From: a virus
Lineage: Duplodnaviria > Caudoviricetes
Strand: one strand, 5' to 3'
IMG/VR virus record: IMGVR_UViG_3300037840_000097
Span: 1-62,498 of that record
Length of the DNA stretch: 62,498 bases
Below are positions 29,985 to 41,224 of this stretch, piece by piece. The translations under genes were made by a program, and so were the position numbers. Each line of letters starts with the position of its first letter. Positions within the stretch are counted from its first letter, which is position 1. The notes beneath the pieces were generated by a model. The model was not told the DNA's origin and made no database searches. It saw nothing but the letters and a program-made list of their open reading frames with translations.

Positions 29985-31984
29985 ATGCAGCAGAATAATC
30001 TAGAACCTTGCAGACTGTGTGGTGTAGTGTATAAAGAACACCATACAATTTACGTAGATTTAGGACACCCCTTTGAAGCTTCTTGGTTCTATACATGTGT
30101 TAATTGTGAACATTCAGGTGCAGTGTATTCTGTAGCTACTACAATGTACCATAAATATGACGATTATGGACATGCTTTTAAGCCTGGAGAACTCTTCATT
30201 GTAACTTCTGTAGTTAAATACGACATAGTTGATGATAGACTGAAAGCAGAGTTAGAATATACCCGTGGTTGAAAAGAGTTAAGGATACTAACCAATCACA
30301 CGTAAGAGACAAATTGGCTGCAAATATTAAAGCAAGATTAAAAGCTGAAGGACGTTTAGTGATTGAAGAAATAGATGCCTAGACACCAGACCTATTATCA
30401 TGTAGCAAAATAATGGAGTACCTTATCCTTAGTTCAGGAACACAGAAAGCTAAGAAGAAGCATAGATGTAGTTGCTGTCAGAAAATCATCAAACCAGGTG
30501 ACACGTATTCTAGATGGGTTGGGATATCTGACGGAGAGTTCTCGGTATACAAGTGTCACAACAAGACTGGACATTGTGGAGATAACATAGTGCAAGACGA
30601 TGAGTATGGGTCATACTGTGATATGTGCGACATCTATGTCTAACTTACCCGTCTCTCAACCTGCAAAGATACCTCATAACTGGCGTTTTTCATTCCAGCC
30701 TCATGGTAATGGTTATCTTCTTACACTCGAAGCCCCGATTATAACTAATTTTCCCTTGGAAATGGGTACAACAGAGCTACATAGTTTAGAAGTGAACGGT
30801 ATGTTGTTTACTGATTGCGTGGTCATTCCAGATTCTTTTTCCTATAAGCGTAATCACTTAGTTGAGTGTGTTATAAAGATATATGCTCAAAGCATGAGAT
30901 ACATTGGAAAAAGAATTCCTGTGTCTATTGGAGGAGAGTGGGTAGGCGGACCTGGTATGTATACCTTTGAGCGAAATGGTAAACCAGCATCTTGCACCCT
31001 GGCTGATGTTGAAGAATTAAAAGCTTATCAAGAAGCATTAGATGCCTAGATACCCAGAAGACCCAGAAGCTGCTCAGGTCTTGCGGAGGCGTATCTGTGA
31101 GGTTATTAACGAATGCCACCGCATCGAGAACGATCCTAGATACTCTGCGTCAGCTATCCTTGCACGACATATACGGTTGATTGCGATGGGACAAATACCA
31201 ATTAAGAAAGGAACACATGAATAAACTTCGTCACCAAGTGGATAAGCACTGCGAATGTCCAGGGTGTGCGGGAGCACGTCAAGAAAGAGCACGGAACAAC
31301 GAGAAGCCTCGTGCAATTACGGTAGGGGTGAGAATCAAGAAGAAATGACACGAGAAGTATGTGCTCGTCATTGTCTTCGAACGACAGCAGAAATACCTCC
31401 CTGTACTAACTTCAAGAGATGTACCTGTCACGACAACGCTCGTCACTGTGTACATTGCTTGCATTCGGAGGAGTGCCATGGCGAAAGGAGCTGAATACTG
31501 GAATCAACCAGATTATAGTTATAGAAAGAAAGGCATGTTACCCGCTGTTCACACTATGCAAATATGCATCCAAGATTACTTGACAGATGCTGGTTTAAAA
31601 CCTACAGTAGCTGAACATAGCGCAATTGCTCAATTATTAACGACCATGAGAGAAAGAGCTTGGATGACCGAAGCACGCTACGAGCGGTACACCCGTGCTG
31701 TTCTTGCACGTATCCAAGAACACATGCAAATGCCGCACACCGATCTAAATGTCCTTCACGCACCACTGAAGTGTATGTTGTGCTCGGAATTCAAAGATTT
31801 GCAAGATGTACGTATTCGAGAGAACATTGCTTTTACTGGTGAACCTTGGAGAGACGATTGTCCTAAGACTATGGTAGTAAAATACCAGGATGTCTTGCAG
31901 TGCCCGGCGGAACGCATCAGGGATATACGTTTAATTGAGACGTCGCCGAGTAATCGGGCTAGAGGACATGGACCAACTGCATGA
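29985..31984 (+). other. Rightward block of small hypothetical ORFs
   Basis: 29985-30272, 30413-30643 (KAKK.HRC..C...I..G..Y), 30636-31049, 31042-31224, 31478-31984. Confidence 0.55.
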
Positions 31985-32147
31985 CTAAGTTAGAAGAGCA
32001 ATTATCTGGAATTGTTCAAGAGGACCTGTTCGCTAAGTATCTTAGTGCAATTGCAATGTATAGAGCACGTAAAATAGTAGCAGAAACTTTGTTACAGATA
32101 AAACGGGATAGAGTGATGAAGTATAACATGCTGGAAGATGGTGATTT

Positions 32148-34379
32148 ATGAGCACCCCAGACCCCCAGGCCCTCGCGGATGAGATCGAACAATGCTGGGG
32201 TTATTCAATCAAGATTCCGACGCGGATTCCGAAAGAGACCGTGCCGACCATCATCGCCGCTCTCCGTCACGAGTGCCCGAAGCCTGATCCCCGCGCTGAG
32301 GTAGCCCTACGACTGCTGGAGATTTGCGAGGACGTTACTGGGCAGAATCGTGCTTACGTTGCGGGCCTCCTCCGCGAAGCACAGAAAGCCGACGACAATG
32401 TTCGATAACCCTGAGTCGGATTATCGCGCCCTGCAAGAACACTACAACGCCAATAAGCCGCACGAGTACGTCGGTGCGGAGGTTGATATTGGCGTTGGTT
32501 CAGTGTTCGAACCGTGCCATCTTTGCGGCCGTGAAAATTACGAGAGCATCCACCAAGCACAGAAAGGCAGTGAGTGATGCGAGAGTACGTGGTGATATTG
32601 AGGCTTCGTGCCGAGTCGGAGGGGCAATGAGCGGTTGGATCGGCGTTGACTTGGACGGCACGCTTGCCGAGCACTACTGGCCGCACAAAGGGCCTTTCGA
32701 TCCCACGCGCATCGGAGAACCGATAGCTCCGATGGTGAGCCGTGTACGTTATTGGATCGGCCAGGGCATCGAAGTACGAATCTTCACTGCGCGCGTCGGG
32801 CCTATGCAGCCCGGGACCTTCGAGGAGACGATGGAGGACAACATCGGGCCGGTTATGATCGCCATTTGGGCCTGGACGTTGGAGCACATCGGGGTGAAAA
32901 TAAATGCAACGTGCATGAAAGACTACGCGATGATCGAGTTGTGGGATCGGCCTCGCACGAACGAACAAGGTTGCGAACCGTACGCGACCATTGCCGACCC
33001 GGATGGTGTTTCCGGTTCGCTAACGGCTGACGCACCGCGCGCGTTTAGCGGGGAATCCGTCAAGCGCGTCGGTATCGTGGTCAGAAGTGGAGATGCTGCC
33101 CCCAACGATTCCAGAATGCTTGATGATGATGATGTGCTGCCGTCGATGACCGCCTTTCACGGAAACGAAGCATCCAAACTAGAGGGGTGTCGTAATCCAT
33201 CGCTGCTGGAGATGCAGCGCGCGCACTCGATTTCCGATACGTGGGATTGGGGCAAGACGACGAAGACCGATCGCGGTAAGATGATTGCCAACTCGTGGCC
33301 TATCGGGATGGGTGCCGCAGTCTTGCGCGCCATGCTCATTGCGATGGGCGCAGCGAAAGAGAACGTAGCATGACCTCTCCCAATCAGCCCAAGTCGAAGG
33401 CCAACGAGCTAAGTGAGTTGGTGGCGGACGAAGAGCGCAAGCAAGAGTCCGTGCTATCGGCGTGGAGCGGCATCGGCGATGAGAATCCAGACGGACTAAA
33501 GCGCGCAAAAGAAGCGGCGAATGGTGCTGGCCTAGCCGTGGCTTCATGGGCCACGAATCGCTCCAACCTCCGCGCCCTCTTAGCCGAGATCGAGGAGAAG
33601 GACACGTTCTTTCGTGATCACGCTAAGCACGTCGATGCTGTCGTGAGCGAACTATATGCGATCATGGTTGATCCGCTCGAAGATGGTGCGTTAAAGAGGG
33701 AGGATGTTCTCTCTGCAATCTTTGAGGCCGCTAAGAAGGGGCGCGACGATGCTGACGAGATCGAGGAGCTACAGATAACCGTACAGGTCGTGCAAGAATC
33801 ACGCGCCGAATGGCGGGCTACAGCTTTGAAAAAGGCTGCCGAGATCGCCGAGCTACGAGCGGTGATACGGCGCGTGCGGGAGATCACGCCTTGGGATGAA
33901 CATTTCGCGCAAGAGTCGCCCGCAACGTACTCGCGAGACGGGTACAATATGTGCCTCAAAGAAGTTCTCGCCGCCCTCACTCCCAAGCCGCTCGACTACA
34001 TTGAGAGCACCACGGTCGGCGTAGACACGGCCGGAACTACGCGATACGCCCAAGACTCAACCGGCGAAACCAAGCCGCTCGACGACAAGAAAGAAGGCCC
34101 GCAGTGATAAACCCGATACCGATGCCAGTTACAACGCCTGTAGCGTGCACGCTCTCGAAGGTCACCGTAACGACTGTGTGCTCAGGGGGATGGACGGGGT
34201 CAGCGCCAGTAGGAGGGATCAATGGCGTGATCGGCGAGTGCGAGAGCATTGTCAGCGACGCTTACTCGGTGACCGTGGTGCGCGTGTCTCTCATCGGCGT
34301 ACGCTACTTGTTGACCTGCTCCGATAAAGGCGACGGTTGGCACATCACGATTGAGCCGCTGGAAACAGGTAAGGAATAA
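32148..34379 (+). other. GC-rich, probably acquired block of five ORFs
   Basis: Abrupt rise in GC and CG dinucleotides at about 32148 and fall at about 34375; ORFs 32148-32408, 32398-32577, 32627-33373, 33370-34107, 34104-34379. Confidence 0.7.
32627..33373 (+). pseudogene. In-frame chimera: HAD phosphatase N-part plus C5 DNA methyltransferase C-terminal fragment
   Basis: GWIGVDLDGTLA, IFTAR, KD..MIELWD, then LLEMQRAHS...W...KT...KMIANSWP (motifs IX-X). Confidence 0.6.
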
Positions 34380-34385
34380 ATATAC

Positions 34386-35853
34386 TTATTTAATCTCCAC
34401 CCGTACGTAGGTTTCCATATTTCTTAACCGACGCACATTGTCCATCGCTAAGAATCCCTCCCCACATATCCCAAGTATAATCGCTATTCTATTACCCCGT
34501 AGCACAAACCGATCATACAGCGGGATGGTTAAGACTTGGGTTAATAAGCAGATAGGAAGGGAACGATCCGCCCCGGTCCAACGCCACATCGGGTTACGCT
34601 CGCTGGTATCTGTGTGATAGCCAGCTGGAGCGGTCCAACGCTGTAGATTGTTAGTAGTTACACAGTCCGCAGCTACTGCAGCCATGTGAATGAGCGAAAG
34701 TTTTGCTATTTCATCAGCACGTACTTGGGTTGGAATTAACAGCAAGCAGAAGGTAAGAATGTACTTCATGCTGCATCTTTCAATTCTAACACATCGTCGA
34801 TGTTAGTACTAACTATTACCCTTGCAAATACACCACGTTTCAGCCACACGCTGTGAATAGCAGCATCTGGCTGGTTCGCTACAACTACAAACGTCGTAGG
34901 GTCATATATGTGACGTATTGGGGAGTACTCCTCAAGCACAAATATGTACTTCATGGTGCTGGTACACATTGTACAAGTTGCACTCCACCATTTGCTAAGG
35001 GATGCAAGCATGTATGTACGGAGTCAGGAGCAGAGTACGGTGCATAGGGTGATGATAGGTTGTCTGCTTGGATGGACACCACAACGAAGATGCTGACAAT
35101 GAGACCTACTAGGAATAGAGTGATGCCGAATGTTTTCATGGCTTCACGTATCCATGCTCGTCAATCTTGGAAACAGGGGTACACTGCTTATCAGCAGCGA
35201 TCCACAGTTTGTCAGTCGAGCATATACGGACGCAATCTCGAACTACGTGCTCCCCCTTGTCGTCGAAATACTCGACGCGGATGATCATGTCATCTGGGAG
35301 GCCCTTGATGACCTGTTTCATGTCGCCAACGGTGAGTATTCTCATTCGTAGTTCCCCTTGATCAGCGCGAGGCAAGCATCAAATGTTCCTTCTGTTCTAA
35401 CAGCTTCTTGAAACATAAGGAGCATCGTCAAGGCCTTCTGCTCTCGAGCCAATGATTGCTGCTTGGCTGATACCACTTCTTCTTGCTGTTGGATACTTCT
35501 TCCAAGCTCTGTCATACTTGTGATTTCAGCAGCGTGGGCAGACGCGGCACCTTCAGTGAATCCGCAGTCTATGAGAGCTACCGTTAAATGTGCTCTTGAT
35601 TTGAATTTTCCAAGAATGAGAGGTTTGTCACTCATTTGTTCAAGTCCTTAGCTAGAATGGTGATGCGGATATCACCCTTCTTGGTACGTGTGCAACGCAC
35701 TGTAGCCTTGCTCCCGCCATACAGGAGTACGTGGAACTGACTCACATCCAGCGGGCGGGTCGGATTGTCCAGTTCGTCTGAACATTCCTCCACAGCTAAC
35801 CGAACTATGGCTTGCGGTGATTGCATCGCGATGAGAGAGGTAGGTGGTAGCAT
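34386..35853 (-). other. Leftward block of small ORFs; 34386-34769 has a signal-peptide-like start
   Basis: Coupled ORFs; MKYILTFCLLLIPTQVRA-DE. Confidence 0.55.
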
Positions 35854-35990
35854 GTTGTGTTCCTTTCAGAGGCTCCTCCTTAATGAATTCGTGCTGACCA
35901 CTTCAGAACCTTTTGTGCTGACCGGCGCGCGGCCCTCTAAACACCTTTTCCAACGCTCCAACGCCGTTGAAAGACGTGCGTTCAGAGCCT

Positions 35991-36066
35991 AAAAAGACAC
36001 CTCCCAGACGATCGGCCTCGACTCACCGCTGTCATGCGAGTCTCGGTTATCTTCTGGGAGGTGTTT
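35991..36066 (-). terminator. Long hairpin ending in U tract
   Basis: ACACCTCCCAGA / TCTGGGAGGTGT 12-bp stem with inner GACTCGC/GTGAGTC, then CTTTTT on minus strand. Confidence 0.7.
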
Positions 36067-36100
36067 CGCGGCGGAATTCAAACGCCTTATTGAGTCATCA

Positions 36101-36288
36101 GGCCAAGACTCGACGTATCCTTGGTGCCTTGCCAGTCCTCGGTTTCTCTTTATGCACAAGTGGGTTAAGGCTTGTACAAGTGTGAGCTTACCTCGTGGCT
36201 ACCTGCAGGGTGGCACTGTACCTAGCGGTGAGCTTAACCGCAAGAATCACTCGTCGCATCAAGGTTTCGCTCGGCGAGTCAGTTGGTC
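36101..36288. ncRNA. Candidate structured non-coding RNA (about 190 nt)
   Basis: Nested long-range stems in a gap with no credible ORF; no known family recognised. Confidence 0.4.
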
Positions 36289-36292
36289 CCTC

Positions 36293-36793
36293 TTACTCTA
36301 GGAGCCCAAACTTCCTTGCACAATCATCTGGCGTAACTGAGCGATAATCAAGAGTAGTGTCTCCGGTGACTGCCCACCAGATGTCCCCAATTAAAGAAGA
36401 ACAGGTATAGGGACCATTCATAAGAACACCACCACGTACACCAAACAAGGCTAAGACCCAAGCAAAGTAATCATACCCTATGTATAGTCTCTTTATTGCG
36501 TTAGCTAATAACCCTGGACCATTAAGCAACATCGGAACCACAATTGCTCCAGCATCACCAGCTTCTTCATAAATAACGCCACCATTCGCCCGTAGCCCTT
36601 GGTTAACTGGAGTCTTCCAACCTCCTTGTCCATTAGCTGCAATTTCCCACCCATTCCCCGCATACACTCCGACATGTCCGAAATGTGGAGACTTGGGATA
36701 CATGAGCATCTCAAGTGGGTTACCCCAGGTAAATGGATGAAATACTAAGTCGCCGGGCTTGGCTTGGCTGTATGGAACGGTTGTCACATGCAC
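36293..36793 (-). CDS. Permuted papain-like NlpC/P60 (YaeF/YiiX-type) protein
   Basis: PGDLVF, GHVGVY (His before Cys), G.YDY, TCSSLI. Confidence 0.8.
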   Translation of the reverse strand: MHVTTVPYSQAKPGDLVFHPFTWGNPLEMLMYPKSPHFGHVGVYAGNGWEIAANGQGGWKTPVNQGLRANGGVIYEEAGDAGAIVVPMLLNGPGLLANAIKRLYIGYDYFAWVLALFGVRGGVLMNGPYTCSSLIGDIWWAVTGDTTLDYRSVTPDDCARKFGLLE

Positions 36794-36796
36794 TCC

Positions 36797-37339
36797 TTAA
36801 TGGTGAGTAACAAAATAACCAATAATGCTTCCACCAACTACAAGAATGATAGAACTAAGAATTGCAGCCGCAGATATAATAGTTGTTATTACCCATTGAC
36901 CACTATCTTTGTTCTCCGTTTTTGCTGCTTGTTGACCCTGTTGAGCATATTGCACTGCGCGGAGATCATCGATCGCCTTTTGCATAGGGGCTAATGCTGC
37001 TGTTAAATTCCCCTGCGCTGCTTGAGCCACTGTTGCTACATTTGCTCGGAGAGCGTCAGCTAATGTAGTTGTTTGGGATGCAAGAGTAGCTGCTACTTGT
37101 GATTGCACATTTGAAGCCAAAGCAGCAGCTTGTACATCCACATCCCTAATAGCGTTAATACGTGCTGATTCAGCTACGCGAAGCTTATCTTCATATGATA
37201 TTCTAACAACCATTAATTCTGTAGCATGTTTAGCAGCTAGGTCTCGAAGATCATCCTGACGTTTCAACCCAGCTTCAACCAGGGCTATAACGTTAGCAGT
37301 AGGGTCTATTACTGGTGTCTTATTTCTATCCCACCCCAT
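36797..37339 (-). CDS. Coiled-coil protein with C-terminal TM anchor
   Basis: Ala/Gln-rich helix with terminal hydrophobic segment. Confidence 0.65.
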   Translation of the reverse strand: MGWDRNKTPVIDPTANVIALVEAGLKRQDDLRDLAAKHATELMVVRISYEDKLRVAESARINAIRDVDVQAAALASNVQSQVAATLASQTTTLADALRANVATVAQAAQGNLTAALAPMQKAIDDLRAVQYAQQGQQAAKTENKDSGQWVITTIISAAAILSSIILVVGGSIIGYFVTHH

Positions 37340-37690
37340 TTATTCACCTACTTCAAATTTGATAGGGTCGCTTCTTCGAAACGTTCCATCACTGTACGTG
37401 GTATCCATTTCGAGAGTATAACATCCACCCATTGGAAAGTCAACAGCTTGGGTTAAGAAGTACGCCCACATACCCACAGGGTACAACGAGCCATCAGGAG
37501 TGTTCACAGGAGTAGTTCCAACTGTCAGTGCTTCGACAACCTGATTCTTGGTAGGTGACGTTATGGTCACATTGCAAGTAGCTGGCGACATATCAGAATT
37601 AAGTAGCAACATGTTAGAAGTGAAGACCAACTTGACCTTTACTTCTCGAGCATTTAAGCTATGTTGTGGAACTGACTTGACAAATAACAT
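37340..37690 (-). CDS. BppU-like Ig-fold adaptor
   Basis: Y.LTQAVDF...G.Y..E....Y.DG...SDP..FEV. Confidence 0.55.
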   Translation of the reverse strand: MLFVKSVPQHSLNAREVKVKLVFTSNMLLLNSDMSPATCNVTITSPTKNQVVEALTVGTTPVNTPDGSLYPVGMWAYFLTQAVDFPMGGCYTLEMDTTYSDGTFRRSDPIKFEVGE

Positions 37691-39771
37691 GTTGCATCTC
37701 CGAAGTGAGCCGGTGGAGCGAAGGTCGTGGGGTGTGTTAGAATGTTAGCCGAGGCATTCGTTGTTTTAATCCCGTGTAGTCCTATGAATGCACTAGCATT
37801 TGCTACCAACATGTGATTAATCGAAATCGAAGCTACAGCATTCGAAGTAAGAGTGTGAGTGGTCTTCAGATTGGCTTGTGCAGTACTTGTCTTCAAGCTC
37901 AGTGCACGCACTGCACCAAAGGCATTGGTAGTTGTGAATGTAACAATTTGCAATCGTGCTACAGCATTTGTTGACATACTTACAATTTTCCGTAAGTCTG
38001 CACTAGCTATACTAGTTTTAGTTCCACCAGTACTAAGATCAGCACTAGCACTAGCCACCACAGTAGTGGTCTTTTGCAGCACACTCGAAGCATTTATACT
38101 ACGAGAAACTCCAACGATAATACAAGCAAGAACGTTTACGGTCGCCGACGCGACTTTTAAGAGATCGGCCAGCGCGTTTGCAGCCTTCGTGCCGACGGTT
38201 CGCAGGTCTGCTACAGCATTCGAAGGAAGCGTCGTAGTCGTCTTGAGGTCGGCAGAAGCTACAATTGTTTGTGAATTGGTAGCTTTCACCACCCCAAAAG
38301 CATTTGTAGTACTGTTTTGAGTAGTTTTTAGGTTAGCAGATGCTGAGCTTGTTGCTGAAACCGTCTTCAGTAAATCAGCACTAGCATTTGTAGTTGAAGA
38401 ACCGGGGTTTGAAGCAGCAGTGAGTTTAGCAGCCGCACCTGTGGTTAAAGAGCTTGTGGCTTTAATATCAGCACTACCAGCACTTGTTATTGCAAGGGTG
38501 ACTTTAATGTCTGCTGCAGCGTTAATAGGTGTGACGGCAGTGGCTTTAATATCAGCAGAAGCTACATTTGTTAGATTAGAAATCTTAGCAATGTCAGCAA
38601 CTGCATTAGTAGTCTTAGATGTGGTTGCTTTAAGATCAGCAGAACCTGCTACAGTAGCTCCAACAGTTGCTTGAATCACTGCAGTGCTACTTGTAGTTTT
38701 GTTAGCCCCAGCTTGGATGTTTGCAACAGCGTTAGCCATCTTAGCTGAAACTATGTACGCCGCTGCAGTAACTGTGTTACTGATAACTTTTTGAATGTCA
38801 GCAACAGCATTAGACAGTTTTGTAAGGGTAACCTTAATATCAGCAACGGCGTTTGATGTTTTTGTGGTAGTAGCTAAAATATCAGCTACGCCAGCTGTAG
38901 TTTTAGTCGTTGTGGCTTGAAGATCGGCTGAACCTGTCGTTGTGTTCGATGTAGTTTTTGAAATGACTGCTGAAGCATTAGTAGTCTTAGATGTGGTTGC
39001 TTTAAGATCAGCTACAGCATTTGATGTAGCAGAAGTGGTAACAGTCAACGACGCTAGGTATAAATTATTTATTTGGGTGGAAGTTAAGGCATAATTAAAT
39101 ATGAGAAATTCGTCAATTACGCTATTTAAGTAGTCGTCATCGGGATTGGTGACAGGGTCTATCCCAATTGCCAAACCACCCGTAGAGGCTACTGTACTGT
39201 AATCGATGTTCCCTGAAGTAGTTGCAACTGTGGTTCCAGAATTGTTAACATACCCAATGAGAGAAATGCCATCGTATGTTCCTGCAAGAAGGATAATAGC
39301 TCCAGCAGTTTGGGAGCCTCCAAAATTACCAGAGACTGCTGATCCGCCTACTTCGCACGCCCAATTAAATCCAGATGTACTAGGATCAGTGCGTAGCCGA
39401 TAATTATAATCTCCAAGCGTAACACCATCTCCACCATAGTGTATAATACGCTTGAGATTAGTGGTATCTATAGAGGCTTGCTTTAACAAGCACACCACTG
39501 TAACATTATTAGGTTCTAAGGCACTATTATGAGCAGCAATAATGCCATTGGCAGTAGACCATGAGGTTCCACCAGATGGGAGTGACATAGCTCCATCTGT
39601 ATCCCCGGCTAAAAGACTAGAGGCACCGCGAGTAACACTGCTACCCACCGTACCTGTAATACTTCCACCTGAATTAGACCCGCTCGCGTTGTTGGACTCC
39701 GTTCCACTTGTAGAGTCCATACGCCACCACAAGACTGGATTTAATCCATTAACCGTGGATACCCAGCTCAT
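37654..39771 (-). CDS. LamG/concanavalin-domain fibre protein with 14-aa Thr/Ala/Ser repeats
   Basis: P..WWRMD, GTYDG....YVN, IDEFLIFNYALT..QI..LY; then roughly 30 degenerate 14-aa repeats. Confidence 0.8.
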   Translation of the reverse strand: MSWVSTVNGLNPVLWWRMDSTSGTESNNASGSNSGGSITGTVGSSVTRGASSLLAGDTDGAMSLPSGGTSWSTANGIIAAHNSALEPNNVTVVCLLKQASIDTTNLKRIIHYGGDGVTLGDYNYRLRTDPSTSGFNWACEVGGSAVSGNFGGSQTAGAIILLAGTYDGISLIGYVNNSGTTVATTSGNIDYSTVASTGGLAIGIDPVTNPDDDYLNSVIDEFLIFNYALTSTQINNLYLASLTVTTSATSNAVADLKATTSKTTNASAVISKTTSNTTTGSADLQATTTKTTAGVADILATTTKTSNAVADIKVTLTKLSNAVADIQKVISNTVTAAAYIVSAKMANAVANIQAGANKTTSSTAVIQATVGATVAGSADLKATTSKTTNAVADIAKISNLTNVASADIKATAVTPINAAADIKVTLAITSAGSADIKATSSLTTGAAAKLTAASNPGSSTTNASADLLKTVSATSSASANLKTTQNSTTNAFGVVKATNSQTIVASADLKTTTTLPSNAVADLRTVGTKAANALADLLKVASATVNVLACIIVGVSRSINASSVLQKTTTVVASASADLSTGGTKTSIASADLRKIVSMSTNAVARLQIVTFTTTNAFGAVRALSLKTSTAQANLKTTHTLTSNAVASISINHMLVANASAFIGLHGIKTTNASANILTHPTTFAPPAHFGDATCYLSSQFHNIA

Positions 39772-39781
39772 GGGATTCCTC

Positions 39782-40252
39782 TCAGTACTGGAGGGCTTTC
39801 ATTAGTGAGTCGAAGGGACCTACAAACTGCCCACTAGGATATATGAGGATTACTTCCTCTTTGAGGAGAAACAGATGACGCCTACCGAGCAGCACACAAT
39901 CCTCAGTAATAGGAGGCACATAAGCAGGATTATCTTGTCCTACCATGCACACACTGGTGCGTACCCGGTGGTGCCAAATAAACTCCCAGCCTGGTTCTAT
40001 ATGAACATAGCGGGATGGAACGCCAGTACGTTCAGACTTTGCACAAAATAAATAAGGTGGTTGCACCTTAATTTCGTTGAAGCGATGAAGGATACCAGCA
40101 TTGTCATACTCAGCTATGATGATTTCGGAGTCTACTTGAGCTCCATCAACCATGTGTTCAGGAACGCGGCGCACTTCCCACAAAAAAGCAGCAATATCTG
40201 CTCGATCTGCTTCTAATTTACGTCGAAGATTTTCCTGGTTGATGTCGAACAT
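39782..40252 (-). CDS. Hypothetical protein, possible fibre chaperone
   Basis: 156 aa between two fibre-like genes. Confidence 0.5.
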   Translation of the reverse strand: MFDINQENLRRKLEADRADIAAFLWEVRRVPEHMVDGAQVDSEIIIAEYDNAGILHRFNEIKVQPPYLFCAKSERTGVPSRYVHIEPGWEFIWHHRVRTSVCMVGQDNPAYVPPITEDCVLLGRRHLFLLKEEVILIYPSGQFVGPFDSLMKALQY

Positions 40253-40762
40253 CTAATTATATGTGTATTGAAAGGTTGCCCACGGACTTGGGAAGTTCAC
40301 ATTTCCACCAGTTGCACTCGCCCCTGTTTGCATTTGTTGGGTTACATATCCAGAGTACGAATTAGCCGTGTTAGCTGGAGCAGTGAACGCTGTTCCAGGT
40401 GAAGCTGTGTGTGCTGAACATAGTGTCGTAGCCACAGTAGACACTGTAGCCACAGGGGTTGCAAAAGTAGCGTTGGTTGCAAAGTACATAGTAATGTACG
40501 TTGAAACACTCGCCTGGTCCGTAGGGGCAGTTGCCGAAAAGTACACACCAAAAGCAGACACCGAATTCGATGCAACAGTGGTGATTTGCATCCGCCACCA
40601 TTTCTCGTATGAGTTATTACCTGCCGTGATAGGGCTAGTAGTTGCAAGCCCAGCTGAATTAGATTGAGTATCAGCTGAAGCAAATACGATGGACGTGATG
40701 TTGTTGGTGAGTGTCGGGGTAGCACCGTTTGATTCGGTGAAATTAAATACTGGTGCGGGCAT
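40253..40762 (-). CDS. Putative filament / fibre subunit
   Basis: 169 aa Thr/Ala/Ser-rich beta protein; ESNGA, PITAG.NSYEKW, YSGYV..Q.QT, terminal FQY. Confidence 0.55.
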   Translation of the reverse strand: MPAPVFNFTESNGATPTLTNNITSIVFASADTQSNSAGLATTSPITAGNNSYEKWWRMQITTVASNSVSAFGVYFSATAPTDQASVSTYITMYFATNATFATPVATVSTVATTLCSAHTASPGTAFTAPANTANSYSGYVTQQMQTGASATGGNVNFPSPWATFQYTYN

Positions 40763-40770
40763 GTGTACTC

Positions 40771-41160
40771 CTAGCGTCCGGAAGGGAGTGTGGGAACTGG
40801 AACCGTGTAAGGTCCAAGAGCAATAAATGGAACCAAGAGAATCATGAAATTATCACTTAGTGCTCCTGATAGAGTGTATGTAATCCCATAGATAATGGGG
40901 ATTCCAATAATGGGAGGAGCTGTGATTACTTGATCAGGACCAAGAACCAATCCACCCTTCTTGTTGGCTTGTGATCCTACACCGTTTGCAGGTTCGTCGT
41001 AAATATTTAGCGTAACGGATTCGGTGATTGAAGCCACACTCCAAAAGCCAGCAATCTTGAATTGGCGTCCACCTGTTGTGAATGCTGACGTGATGGTGGT
41101 AGGGTCAGCAGGTGTAAACAATAGACCTACGGATCCGTCAGACATGGTGTCAATTCTCAT
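40771..41160 (-). CDS. Small beta-sandwich protein
   Basis: 129 aa; LNIYD...GI...GIT pattern resembles the C-terminus of 42761-43945. Confidence 0.5.
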   Translation of the reverse strand: MRIDTMSDGSVGLLFTPADPTTITSAFTTGGRQFKIAGFWSVASITESVTLNIYDEPANGVGSQANKKGGLVLGPDQVITAPPIIGIPIIYGITYTLSGALSDNFMILLVPFIALGPYTVPVPTLPSGR

Positions 41161-41224
41161 TTATTGTTGACCACTTCCTAGCTTGCTGCATTTTGTTGAA
41201 TACTCCACAAACGCCTTGTCGGTA

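Noticed and set aside
32324-33373. Functional 349-aa protein or intact DNA cytosine methyltransferase
   Set aside because: The first 101 codons overlap other genes and the RBS-supported start is 32627; methyltransferase motifs I-VIII are missing.
35995-36105. Hammerhead-like elements on the minus strand (CUGAUGA...GAAAC-stem-GUC)
   Set aside because: Stem III and GUC look right, but stems I and II cannot close next to the core (C/U and C/C); better explained as a terminator hairpin.
38603-39012. 38-bp duplicate as a DGR template/variable repeat or att site
   Set aside because: Copies are identical, in frame within a tandem-repeat protein, and no RT or integrase is seen.
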